Source: Nitrospinales bacterium (lineage in GTDB: Bacteria; Nitrospinota; Nitrospinia; Nitrospinales; VA-1). Taken from it: 64,000 nt of DNA. Below are positions 51,057 through 59,767 of the stretch, one piece after another (position 1 is the stretch's first letter; each line of letters begins with the position of its first letter). The notes beneath the pieces were generated by a model. It searched no databases and had not been told where the DNA came from. It worked only from the letters and a program-made list of their open reading frames with translations. A program made the position numbers and the translations under genes. Location: NCBI GenBank assembly GCA_965223795.1, contig CBDCXL010000002.1:1760001-1824000 (forward strand). Direction: 5' to 3'.

Positions 51057-51226
51057 TTGCGTGTTTTCCCTCCGGGTTTCTCTCCCCTTGTATTGAGCCA
51101 TCCTTAGTTTTAAGATACTCTCAACGCCGCATTTCCCGTACGCGGCATCCCCTGGACACGATGCCGTCGCCGCACGGCTGTTGTTTTCCCCGCATTCACT
51201 GGCACTCAAATCTTGAGGTACCCGCT

Positions 51227-52717
51227 ATGGCTGCAAAAGTATTCAAAAACTACATCAACGGAACCTGGAAGGCGTCGAAGAGCAAGGAAACCTTCGACAA
51301 CATCAACCCGGCCCATGCCAAGCAGGTGGTGGGCCGGTTTCAGCAGTCGACAAAGGAGGACGTGAAAGAAGCGGTGGCCGCCGCCTTTGAGGCGCGCACA
51401 TCCTGGCGGAAAACGCCCGCGCCCAAACGGGGCGAAATTTTATACAAGGTGGCCGAGCTTCTGGTCAAGCACAAGGAGCGGCTGGCCCAGGATATGACGC
51501 GGGAGATGGGCAAGGTGATCGCGGAGACCCGCGGCGACGTGCAGGAGGCGATCGATCTCACCTATTACACCGCGGGCGAGGGCCGCAGGTTATTGGGAGA
51601 GACCTGCCCTTCGGAATTGAAGGACAAGTTCTGCATGTCGGTCCGCATGCCGGTCGGCGTGGTGGCCGCCATCACGCCCTGGAACTTTCCTATGGCCATC
51701 CCCTCCTGGAAACTGATCCCCGCGCTGATCGCGGGCAACACGGTGGTGCTCAAGCCCGCCAGCGACACACCGCTCTCGTCTTACAATTTTGTCAAATTGT
51801 TCGAGGAGGCGGGACTGCCTCCGGGCGTGTTGAACTTCGTCACCGGTTCCGGCTCGGGCGCCGGAGCGCCGCTGGTGGAGCACCCCAAGGTCGACCTGGT
51901 TTCCTTCACCGGCTCCACGGAGACCGGCAGCCGGATCGCCGCCGACTGCGCCAAACGGATGAAGCAGTACTCGCTGGAAATGGGCGGCAAGAACGCCATT
52001 CTGGTCATGGACGACGCCAACCTCAAGCTCGCCGTCGAGGGCGTGATTTTCGGGGCGTTCGGCACCACCGGGCAGCGCTGCACAGCCTGCTCGCGGGTGG
52101 TCGTGCACAAAAGCGTGCTGAAAAAGTTCACCGATCTTCTGGTCAAACGCGCCAAGCAGCTCAAGCTGGGCGACGGCCTCATTGAGAGCACCGATGTGGG
52201 CCCGCTGGTCAACGCGGATCAGCGGGAAAAGGTGGACAGCTATGTGAAGATCGGTAAGGACGAAGGCGCCCGGCTGCTGACAGGCGGGGCTGCCGCCAAG
52301 GGCGCCGGCGTGAAGGACGGCTTTTTTTACAAGCCGACGGTCTTCGCCGATGTGACGCCCAAGATGCGCATCGCGCAGGAAGAGATCTTCGGCCCGGTGC
52401 TGGCCGTCATCCCCTGCCGCAGCCTGGAGCACGGCGTGCAGATCATCAACGATTCGGACTACGGGCTGTCGTCGGCGGTGTACACGCAGGATGTGAACCG
52501 CGCGTTTCAAGCCATCGGCGATCTCGACACCGGCATCACCTACATCAACGCCTCGACCATCGGCGCGGAGATTCAGCTGCCGTTCGGCGGCACCAAGGGA
52601 ACCGGCAACGGTCACCGCGAAGCCGGTACGGCGGCGCTGGAGATTTTCACCGAATGGAAATCGGTGTACATCGACTACAGCGGCACGCTGCAGAAAGCCC
52701 AGATCGAACACGACTGA
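51227..52717 (+). CDS. aldehyde dehydrogenase family protein
   Basis: ITPWNFP, KPAS, FTGST, LEMGGKN, GQRCTA, EEIFGP; ATG 51227 after GAGG. Confidence 0.93.
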   Translation: MAAKVFKNYINGTWKASKSKETFDNINPAHAKQVVGRFQQSTKEDVKEAVAAAFEARTSWRKTPAPKRGEILYKVAELLVKHKERLAQDMTREMGKVIAETRGDVQEAIDLTYYTAGEGRRLLGETCPSELKDKFCMSVRMPVGVVAAITPWNFPMAIPSWKLIPALIAGNTVVLKPASDTPLSSYNFVKLFEEAGLPPGVLNFVTGSGSGAGAPLVEHPKVDLVSFTGSTETGSRIAADCAKRMKQYSLEMGGKNAILVMDDANLKLAVEGVIFGAFGTTGQRCTACSRVVVHKSVLKKFTDLLVKRAKQLKLGDGLIESTDVGPLVNADQREKVDSYVKIGKDEGARLLTGGAAAKGAGVKDGFFYKPTVFADVTPKMRIAQEEIFGPVLAVIPCRSLEHGVQIINDSDYGLSSAVYTQDVNRAFQAIGDLDTGITYINASTIGAEIQLPFGGTKGTGNGHREAGTAALEIFTEWKSVYIDYSGTLQKAQIEHD

Positions 52718-52778
52718 TTGCGGCGGTTCCCGACCATTCCAGAAACATCCCCGACACCCTGAACCCGGAGGCGATGGC

Positions 52779-53546
52779 TTGAAACTTTCTGTGCTTTCCA
52801 GCGGCAGCGCCGGCAACTCCCTTTACATCGAAACCGAAAACAGCCGCATTCTCATCGATGCGGGACTGAGTGCGAAAAAACTGGGCGAACGCATGGCCGT
52901 GCTCGGCCGCGACCCGCAAGACATCGACGCGGTCTTTCTGACGCATGAGCATTCCGACCACGTGGGCGGCGTCGGTCCCTTGCTTAGAAAACACAACCTC
53001 ACCCTGCATGCCACCGAAGGCACGTTTCAGAAAATCCAGAAACGCGCGGGCAGGATCCCCGGCTGGCGGCGCATCCGCGCGGACGAGCCGGTGACGATCG
53101 GCGATCTGAGCGTGGAACCCTACGCCACGCCGCACGATGCGGAAGAGCCGGTGGCGTTCGTCGTCAGGCAGGGGGACCGCAAGCTGGGACTCGCCACAGA
53201 CCTGGGCTCGGCGGCGCCTGCGGTGCGGGAGAAGCTCAAGCGCGCGGACGTGCTGCTGCTGGAAGCCAATCACGATGTGGATCTGCTCAGCCAGGGGCCT
53301 TATCCGTGGAGCCTGAAGCAGCGGATTCTGAGCGATGTCGGCCACCTGTCCAATCAGGCGTCGGGTGAGCTGCTGGCTTCGGTGGTTCACCGCGGTCTCA
53401 AGAAAGTCGTCCTGATGCATCTCAGCGAAACCAACAACCGGCCCGAACTTGCCCGCGCCGCGGCGCAGCAGGCGCTCGGCACGCATTCCGCGGAGATCGT
53501 GTTCGCGCGCCAGCACGTCCCCACCGGCTGGATCGGGGTGGATTGA
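52779..53546 (+). CDS. MBL-fold metallo-hydrolase (YycJ/WalJ-like)
   Basis: SGSAGNS, THEHSDH, PHDA, ATDLG, EANHD, GHLSN, HLSETNN. Confidence 0.9.
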   Translation: MKLSVLSSGSAGNSLYIETENSRILIDAGLSAKKLGERMAVLGRDPQDIDAVFLTHEHSDHVGGVGPLLRKHNLTLHATEGTFQKIQKRAGRIPGWRRIRADEPVTIGDLSVEPYATPHDAEEPVAFVVRQGDRKLGLATDLGSAAPAVREKLKRADVLLLEANHDVDLLSQGPYPWSLKQRILSDVGHLSNQASGELLASVVHRGLKKVVLMHLSETNNRPELARAAAQQALGTHSAEIVFARQHVPTGWIGVD

Positions 53547-53573
53547 CGCCCGCGATCTGGTATCCTGATTTGC

Positions 53574-54905
53574 ATGGATGCCAGCGATCACATCATCGGC
53601 GGCGTGTTCGGCATGGCCGTGGGCGACGCTCTGGGTCAGGCCGTGAAGGGCCTGAAGCCGGAAACGGTGCGTCAGTGTTTCGCCCAAATGGACATATACA
53701 AGGATGTGCGGCGCTTCATCGGCAAGGGGGTGAAGCAGTACCGCATGCAGGGTCTGTACGGCATTCCCACGCAGACCGCGCTTGCGGTGCTGGACGGGGA
53801 GCTGGCCGGTAAAAACCCGGACCCCTCCCGCATCGCACAAAACCTCGCCAAACTTTCCGCCGGCGGACCGGAATCCGGATTCGGCGCGTACCGGCACGCC
53901 GAGAGCGGATTTCGCAAGGCCGTCACGTCGATCCTGAACCGGCCCGCGCTGTCTCATTCCGAAGAAAACTTTGGCGGCGGCTGCCTTTCCCTTGCGGTGC
54001 CGCTGGCGCTGCTTCCGCGCCGCAACCTGGATGCGGTGATCGAAACCTGCATCACGACCTGCCTGCTTTTGACACGCAACCGCTGGGAAGTTCTGGGCAC
54101 CGCCGTCTGGGGCGCGCTCCTCGCTTCGGCGTTGGATGAGGCGGCGCACGAAAAGCCGGGGCCGGACGCGGTGCTTGCGGTTTTGGAGAACGCACCCGAG
54201 TGCATCGACCGGGTGGCAGCCGCGATGCGCGCGCGCCCGGAACTGTCTGAACCTTTTATGAAGGACGAAGGGCGCGTTCTGGCGGACGCGCTTTCGGGGG
54301 TTGTTTGCCGCAGCGATCAGGAATGGCCCACGCTCTGCGCCTGGATCGCAGACAACGCCTCCCACCATCTCAGGACTCCCCTTTCCAGTCCCGCCCAGGG
54401 GACGGTGCCATCGCTGGTTCCTCTGGCGTTTGCGGCGGTTTTAAAAAGCGAGGCGGGCTTTGCCGACGCGCTCGGACGCGCCGCCGATCTGGGCAAGGAG
54501 GCGGCACGGCTCGGCGCTTTGACCGGTTCGCTGGCGGGCGTGCTGTGTGGCTACGCCGCGATTCCGCAGGCGTTCAAAGCCGGCCTGGTGAACGCCAAAG
54601 AGATCCGCATCCGCGCGGAAGCGCTGGCAACCGGACGGCCGGACCGCAGCGCGAAGGAACTCCACGCGATGGAGCTGGCGCTGACGCTGAAAGAGCACGA
54701 GGAGGGGAAAAAGTTCGCGTCGAAAAAGCCGAAAAAAGCGGGAGCCAGACCGGCGGCCGCCATCCCTTATCTGGATGAGGATGTGGAGCCGACGGACATC
54801 CCCAAAAAAGAGGACATCGCCGAATGGCGCCGGTTCCAGAAGGACAAGACCCGGAAAAAACGCGATCGCAGGCGCAATCTGGATCCCGAGCAGGATTGGG
54901 ACTGA
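53574..54905 (+). CDS. ADP-ribosylglycohydrolase-fold protein, catalytic motifs degenerate
   Basis: GMAVGDALG N-terminus and GALTGSLAGVLCGYAAIP C-terminus; TDD and DxD motifs absent. Confidence 0.75.
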   Translation: MDASDHIIGGVFGMAVGDALGQAVKGLKPETVRQCFAQMDIYKDVRRFIGKGVKQYRMQGLYGIPTQTALAVLDGELAGKNPDPSRIAQNLAKLSAGGPESGFGAYRHAESGFRKAVTSILNRPALSHSEENFGGGCLSLAVPLALLPRRNLDAVIETCITTCLLLTRNRWEVLGTAVWGALLASALDEAAHEKPGPDAVLAVLENAPECIDRVAAAMRARPELSEPFMKDEGRVLADALSGVVCRSDQEWPTLCAWIADNASHHLRTPLSSPAQGTVPSLVPLAFAAVLKSEAGFADALGRAADLGKEAARLGALTGSLAGVLCGYAAIPQAFKAGLVNAKEIRIRAEALATGRPDRSAKELHAMELALTLKEHEEGKKFASKKPKKAGARPAAAIPYLDEDVEPTDIPKKEDIAEWRRFQKDKTRKKRDRRRNLDPEQDWD

Positions 54906-55131
54906 GGCCTGAAATCGGTTCTCCGAAGGGCAGGGAGGGGCGCGCCGGCTTTGTGTAACTTGCGGTTTTATAATGGGTTTTGCAATAAATGCTTAGCCAA
55001 ATTCACGGAAGGCGTTATAATGAATCAAGGCCAAAATCTAAATTAATTCAAAAAATTCAATAAGTTGTGGGTATTGAATTTTATCGTTTCCGTGATATTT
55101 CTCTTCAAAATTTTTTAGAAGGAGACCCCCC

Positions 55132-55623
55132 GTGAAATTGGCTAAAGCGTTTGTGATGGCATGTTTGATCGCTCTACTCGCCGGCCCGGCCCTGGCCGAG
55201 GAGGAGATTTCTCTGGTGATCGGCAAGAACCTGAAAGTGGGCATGCCTTTGAATGAAGTGATCGCACTTTTGGGCATTCCCAATTCGATGGCCGTGAACC
55301 GCGGCACCGAGCCTTTGCGGGACAGCGTGTCCATCCGCTATCCCAAGCACGGCGTGGTGGTCCACACCCTGAACAAAAAGACCACGGTGGAGCAGATCGA
55401 GGTGCTGCCGACGTTCAAGGGAACGTTCGCCGAAGGCGTGAAGATCGGGGCCAAGTTCAACGACCTGATCGAAAAATACGGCATGCCCGAATCCCTGAAC
55501 GCTCAGGTTGCCCGCTATCCGCAGCAGGGATTGTACTTCATGATGGAGCGGGAAGTGCTCGTTTCCGCGAAAGTGTTTTCCAAAAACAGCAAGATTCTGG
55601 ATCACCAGTTGATCAACCGCTGA
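55132..55623 (+). CDS. exported hypothetical protein
   Basis: RBS AGGAG, signal peptide ending ALA, two similar KxG...xxxGxP half-domains. Confidence 0.75.
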   Translation: MKLAKAFVMACLIALLAGPALAEEEISLVIGKNLKVGMPLNEVIALLGIPNSMAVNRGTEPLRDSVSIRYPKHGVVVHTLNKKTTVEQIEVLPTFKGTFAEGVKIGAKFNDLIEKYGMPESLNAQVARYPQQGLYFMMEREVLVSAKVFSKNSKILDHQLINR

Positions 55624-55637
55624 CTGCGAAGCGCCGT

Positions 55638-55678
55638 AAAAAAACAGCCGGGCCCCGATCGGGGTCCGGCTTTTTTTT
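55638..55678. terminator. bidirectional rho-independent terminator
   Basis: A7-C-AGCCGGGCCCCG/CGGGGTCCGGC-T8 between convergent genes. Confidence 0.85.
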
Positions 55679-55713
55679 GGTGAAACGTTCGGATTCTGCG
55701 TTGGCGCCGGTTT

Positions 55714-57087
55714 TCAGCCTGCCGTTGCCGGGGCCGCGGTCTCCACGTTTTCGACGTTGCCCTGTGTGAGGACGGGCTGGGAGTCCCCGCGCTTGAAATT
55801 GTCCCAGGATTTGTATTCGGGGAAGTAGCTGTCCCAGTCCTTGAGGTTTTTCAGGCAGTCGTTGTAGGTCTTTTCGATGAGCATGTCCCGCACTCGGGAA
55901 TACGCCTCCTGAGAGGTCTGTTTCATCTGCGCGCTGTCCTGCTTTTGCTGGTAAGCCTGTGCCAGCATCACCGTGCGGTACAGGGTGTTTTCCAGTTCGT
56001 GATTGTTCAGCGTTTCAATCGCCGCATCGGCTTCGTTGTTTTCGAGCTGCAGATTGGCGAGCAGCATCACCAGCATGTCGCGTTCTCCGTCGAGCGACTG
56101 TTCGATGGCTTCGCGGTAGACCTTGATGAGGTTCTGCCGTTCTTCCGGCGCCTGGAAAACTTTTTGAACTCGCAGCAGGCAGACGGGAGAGCGGGTTTTT
56201 TCGAATCCGGCGAGCCAGGTTTTGAGAGCGGCTTTGGGATTCCCGGATTTTAAGTGAATGTCACCCAGCGTGATGTAGGTGGGCAGACAGGTGTCGTCGG
56301 TTTTGAGCGCTTTTTTGAACTCGACGATGGCGCCTTCCAGGTTGCCCTGGTCCAGTTTGGCAACGGCGTTGGCATAGATGAGCTGGCTCAGCCTCTGCTC
56401 TTCCTGTTTGAGTTCTTCCGCATCTTTGATCAGTCCGAGCGCGCGTTTTTGCACCGAGGCCGCCTGTTCCCATTCTTTTTTCTCAACGTGGGAATCGCGG
56501 ATGCGGAACAGGATCAGCGGTGAGTTGGGATCGATGCTGCGGATTTTATCGAGCACCTGGACTTCCTTGGCCGGCATCCCGGCGGCGGCGTAATCGTCCG
56601 CGAGGCTGGAAAGGATCTTCACATTCGTGGGAGCGACCTGGGCGCCTTTCTGATGCAGCTCCATCGCCCGCTCGATGTTTCCTTCCCTGAGAAAGATCTT
56701 GCCCAGAAAATTCAGCGCGCCCACATGGTTGGGAAATTCTTCCAGGATATTTTGGAACGTATCTTTCGCTTTCGCCAGATTGCCTCCCGTGTAGGCGTTT
56801 TCACCCTTTTCGAACTGGGCTTCGCACCACTTGTCTTTCCTTTCAATTTCCCGTTTTTTCATGGTGGCCCGCATGTTTCCAAACGAGGATTTGATTTTGT
56901 TCCCCCATTCAAGAAAGACCGTGAGCACCACTCCCATGAGTATGAATCCCAGCAGGAGGACCACCATCGGCAGTTCCAGGGAAAAGGACTGCGAGAAATT
57001 GACCTTGACCTCATGAGGATTCAAAAAGGCCATGTAAACCGAGAGCAGGGAGAAAATCAGTAGAAAGATGATGTTTTTGAGAGACAC
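55714..57087 (-). CDS. LapA-domain + TPR protein (fused LapA/LapB-like LPS assembly regulator)
   Basis: Two N-terminal TMs with NPHEVKVNF...LP loop, many TPRs, degenerate rubredoxin-like C-terminus. Confidence 0.7.
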   Translation of the reverse strand: MSLKNIIFLLIFSLLSVYMAFLNPHEVKVNFSQSFSLELPMVVLLLGFILMGVVLTVFLEWGNKIKSSFGNMRATMKKREIERKDKWCEAQFEKGENAYTGGNLAKAKDTFQNILEEFPNHVGALNFLGKIFLREGNIERAMELHQKGAQVAPTNVKILSSLADDYAAAGMPAKEVQVLDKIRSIDPNSPLILFRIRDSHVEKKEWEQAASVQKRALGLIKDAEELKQEEQRLSQLIYANAVAKLDQGNLEGAIVEFKKALKTDDTCLPTYITLGDIHLKSGNPKAALKTWLAGFEKTRSPVCLLRVQKVFQAPEERQNLIKVYREAIEQSLDGERDMLVMLLANLQLENNEADAAIETLNNHELENTLYRTVMLAQAYQQKQDSAQMKQTSQEAYSRVRDMLIEKTYNDCLKNLKDWDSYFPEYKSWDNFKRGDSQPVLTQGNVENVETAAPATAG

Positions 57088-57335
57088 GGAAAATCCTTTT
57101 AATTTTTGTGGCCGACCCGCTTGACCCGGTTCCGGCCGATGCGGGGATTCTGCATTTTCTGACGGGAAAGAAAACTGAAGAAACCCGGGCGGGAATCCGT
57201 CTGTATCGCGAAATCGGCTGTGTTCAAAAATAGAGCGACGACTGGAACCGGTCAGTCTTGCCGCTCGAGGAACCCCTACGTTATTTTGTTGCCGGTGGAA
57301 ATTTACGTAGGAATATAATACATCCTCGAGAGGAT

Positions 57336-57740
57336 TTAAAGGGATTCTGGGGATTCTTCTTGAGGGAAAGAGTGGTTCCTGGTCTCGGCGCTGTTTTCAT
57401 TTTCGATCTGGCTGAGGCATTCGACGCAATATTCGGCGAACGGAACGACGTCGAGACGCGGCTCGGGGATGGCCTCTTCGCAATTGCTGCAGAATCCGTA
57501 ATCTCCTGACTTAATTTTTTCAAGCGCTTCTTCCACCCGCTTCAGTTTCTGCCAGTCCTGTTCTCCCAGATCCAGCATCAGCTGGCGCGAGTATGCCTGT
57601 GCCGCACCGTCGGTGATATCCGCAAGCGGTTCGGCCATATCCTCCTGGGTGGATTTTAAATTTTTTTCAACATCTCCCAACAGGCTGGATCGGATTTCTT
57701 CAAGTTTGGTCTGGTAGAGGGGTAATTTTTTGGGATCCAT
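57336..57740 (-). CDS. dksA: DksA/TraR C4 zinc-finger protein
   Basis: Coiled-coil tip DITDGA; YGFCSNCEEAIPEPRLDVVPFAEYCVEC. Confidence 0.85.
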   Translation of the reverse strand: MDPKKLPLYQTKLEEIRSSLLGDVEKNLKSTQEDMAEPLADITDGAAQAYSRQLMLDLGEQDWQKLKRVEEALEKIKSGDYGFCSNCEEAIPEPRLDVVPFAEYCVECLSQIENENSAETRNHSFPQEESPESL

Positions 57741-57767
57741 TGAAACGGTAGCTCCTCGCGATAAGGG

Positions 57768-58121
57768 TCAAAGGCCTACTGCTTTGATGACCGGGACGTC
57801 TCCCCACAGTCGTTCCAGATCGTAATGGGACCGGGCGTCCTTGTGAAAAATGTGAACGATGATCTCTCCCAGATCCAGAACCACCCAGTTGCCGGTGGCA
57901 TACCCCTCCACAGCTGAAAGTTTGTGTTGCGCCTGATAGATTTTTTCAAGGATGGAGTCAGCGATGGCTTGGACCTGCAACTTTGAATTTCCACTGCAGA
58001 GCACAAAATAATCGGTCAAGTCCGAGCGGTTGCGCAGGTCCAAAATGAGTATGTCGGATGCTTGCTTTTCTGCAGCGGACTCCACAACAAGCCTCTGCAG
58101 TCTGTTCAAAGACTCTTCCAT
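57768..58121 (-). CDS. rsfS: ribosome silencing factor
   Basis: DYFVLCSGNS...QVQAIAD, EG...WVVLDLGEIIVHIF, YDLERLW; follows nadD. Confidence 0.95.
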   Translation of the reverse strand: MEESLNRLQRLVVESAAEKQASDILILDLRNRSDLTDYFVLCSGNSKLQVQAIADSILEKIYQAQHKLSAVEGYATGNWVVLDLGEIIVHIFHKDARSHYDLERLWGDVPVIKAVGL

Positions 58122-58131
58122 TCAACCCAAT

Positions 58132-58860
58132 TTAAGGCTGACACTGTGCTCGGTAAAGTTGATTTTCAATAATATAATTTTCAACTTTGGGTGGCAACAA
58201 GTTTTTGGTTTGCTCTTTGCGCGCAATCCTTTCGCGAATTTCGCTGGATGAAACGTCCATCAAGGGCAGGTCGAAAAAACGGATGGCGGTGTGCGATGCC
58301 CGGTTCAAAAAACTGAGCACGTTCTCTTCCTGGTATTGCAAGGTGTGAGGAACGCCGAGTTTTTCAATGCAGAGTTTCATGTTCTCCACAAAATCTTTAT
58401 GGGAGCCGGTGCGGCGGCGGGCCACGATGATGTGGCACAGAGTGAGTAGACGGAGAGTGTCTTTCCAGGTTGCAATGCTTTCGAACGTATCCTGCCCCAT
58501 GATCAGATGCAGTTCTTTTTCCGGAGCTTCCGCTTTTAACAGGTCGATGGTGTCGACAGTGTACGACGGTCCGGAACGATGGATCTCCACCTCGGAAATG
58601 CCGTAATCGGGATGCGGGGCCAGGGCGAGACGCAGCATCTCAAAACGGTGATGCGCGGGCGTGCCGTCCTGGTCGAGTTTGTGCGGCGAGACGCGGGCGG
58701 GCACGAACAGGATGCGGTCCAGCCGGAACCGCTCCTTTACCTGTCCGGCCAGCCCCAGATGCCCGTTGTGCACGGGATCGAAGGTGCCGCCCAGGATTCC
58801 AAGGGTTTTATCTGTTTGCCTGCTTTCCAAGTCCGACTCCCGCCCGCCGTTGCCATCCAT
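58132..58860 (-). CDS. nadD: nicotinate-nucleotide adenylyltransferase (start uncertain, 58830-58911)
   Basis: GILGGTFDPVHNGH, SPHK, SYTVDT, MGQD, VSSSEIR. Confidence 0.93.
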   Translation of the reverse strand: MDGNGGRESDLESRQTDKTLGILGGTFDPVHNGHLGLAGQVKERFRLDRILFVPARVSPHKLDQDGTPAHHRFEMLRLALAPHPDYGISEVEIHRSGPSYTVDTIDLLKAEAPEKELHLIMGQDTFESIATWKDTLRLLTLCHIIVARRRTGSHKDFVENMKLCIEKLGVPHTLQYQEENVLSFLNRASHTAIRFFDLPLMDVSSSEIRERIARKEQTKNLLPPKVENYIIENQLYRAQCQP

Positions 58861-59188
58861 CCTTTTCGGGGGCTCCTTGCGTCCGCCCATGAGCTCCTGC
58901 GGCATGCGCATTCATTATAGAGGACCGGCGCCGGGGAGAAAAGCGGCCGCAAGGAATAACCCCCAAAAAATCAATGAATTTTGTCAAATATATTGTAAAA
59001 TAGGGAATTCGATGACCTAAGATTGGCAGTGGGTGTGCTTATTTTTGGCATGCCGATGGCGTGAAACGACATTTTTTGTCGATCTTCGCCGGGGCGTAGG
59101 ATCGCCGCGTCGGCCGATGCCGCTACACCCCTCAAATAACCCCTTGTTTTACTGTAATTTTTGTAATTTTGTGTGGAGTTTGTGGTTT

Positions 59189-59204
59189 TGGCATTCCGAT
59201 TGCA
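59189..59204 (+). promoter_or_regulatory. sigma54 promoter of pilA
   Basis: TGGCATTCCGATTGCA, close to TGGCAC-N5-TTGCA; IHF-like site 59137-59155; palindrome CGACA-T5-TGTCG at about 59067-59081. Confidence 0.8.
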
Positions 59205-59290
59205 CCTCTATGGGAAAAACAATATTTGGTGGGTCAGTCCCTGAATTTCATAGCCCAGTTGTTCAACCCGTAGAAAGAGGAGAATCAGCA

Positions 59291-59671
59291 ATGCTTTCCA
59301 ATCTCAGAAAAGCCAACAATGAAAAGGGTTTCACCCTGATCGAGCTGTTGATCGTCATCGCCATCATCGGTATTTTGGCCGCCATCGCGATCCCGCAGTT
59401 CACTCAGTACAAAAACCGTGCTTACAACTCCGCTTCCAAAGCGGATCTGCACAACCTGTTCCTGTCCTGTAAAGCTTACTGGGGCGACACCGATGGTGGT
59501 CAGAACTGCACCACGGCCATCGCTCAGCAGGCTTCTTATGGCTTCTCCGCGTCTCCGAACGTGACCGTGGCCATCACCGCCGCTACCGAGGCTGGTTTCA
59601 CCGCTACCGCGACGCACAGTGTCACGGGTCAGGTGTACACCATCGACTCTGGCGGCGACATCACTCCGTAA
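59291..59671 (+). CDS. pilA: type IVa major pilin
   Basis: RBS GAGGAG; 13-aa leader ending EKG|FTLIELLIVIAIIGILAAIAIPQF; 113-aa mature; own sigma54 promoter and terminator. Confidence 0.93.
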   Translation: MLSNLRKANNEKGFTLIELLIVIAIIGILAAIAIPQFTQYKNRAYNSASKADLHNLFLSCKAYWGDTDGGQNCTTAIAQQASYGFSASPNVTVAITAATEAGFTATATHSVTGQVYTIDSGGDITP

Positions 59672-59701
59672 CAGGAGTGCTTGATTGAGCCTTACTGAAA
59701 G

Positions 59702-59744
59702 CCTCGTCCCGCCCGTTTCGGGCGGGGCGGGGATTTCTTTTTTC
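59702..59744 (+). terminator. rho-independent terminator after pilA
   Basis: GTCCCGCCCG-TTT-CGGGCGGGGC stem then TTTCTTTTTT. Confidence 0.8.
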
Positions 59745-59767
59745 AACTCAGACATTCTTCGACCTTC

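Noticed and set aside
59023..59061. Two extra GG-N10-GC matches upstream of pilA
   Set aside because: -12 elements are GTGC/TGGC rather than TTGC; weaker than the site at 59189
59033..59290. Long N-terminal extension of pilA in the ORF track (likewise glyS from 14956, ALDH from 51023, glyQ from 11492)
   Set aside because: Extensions cover promoter regions; family homology and, where present, the RBS point to downstream starts
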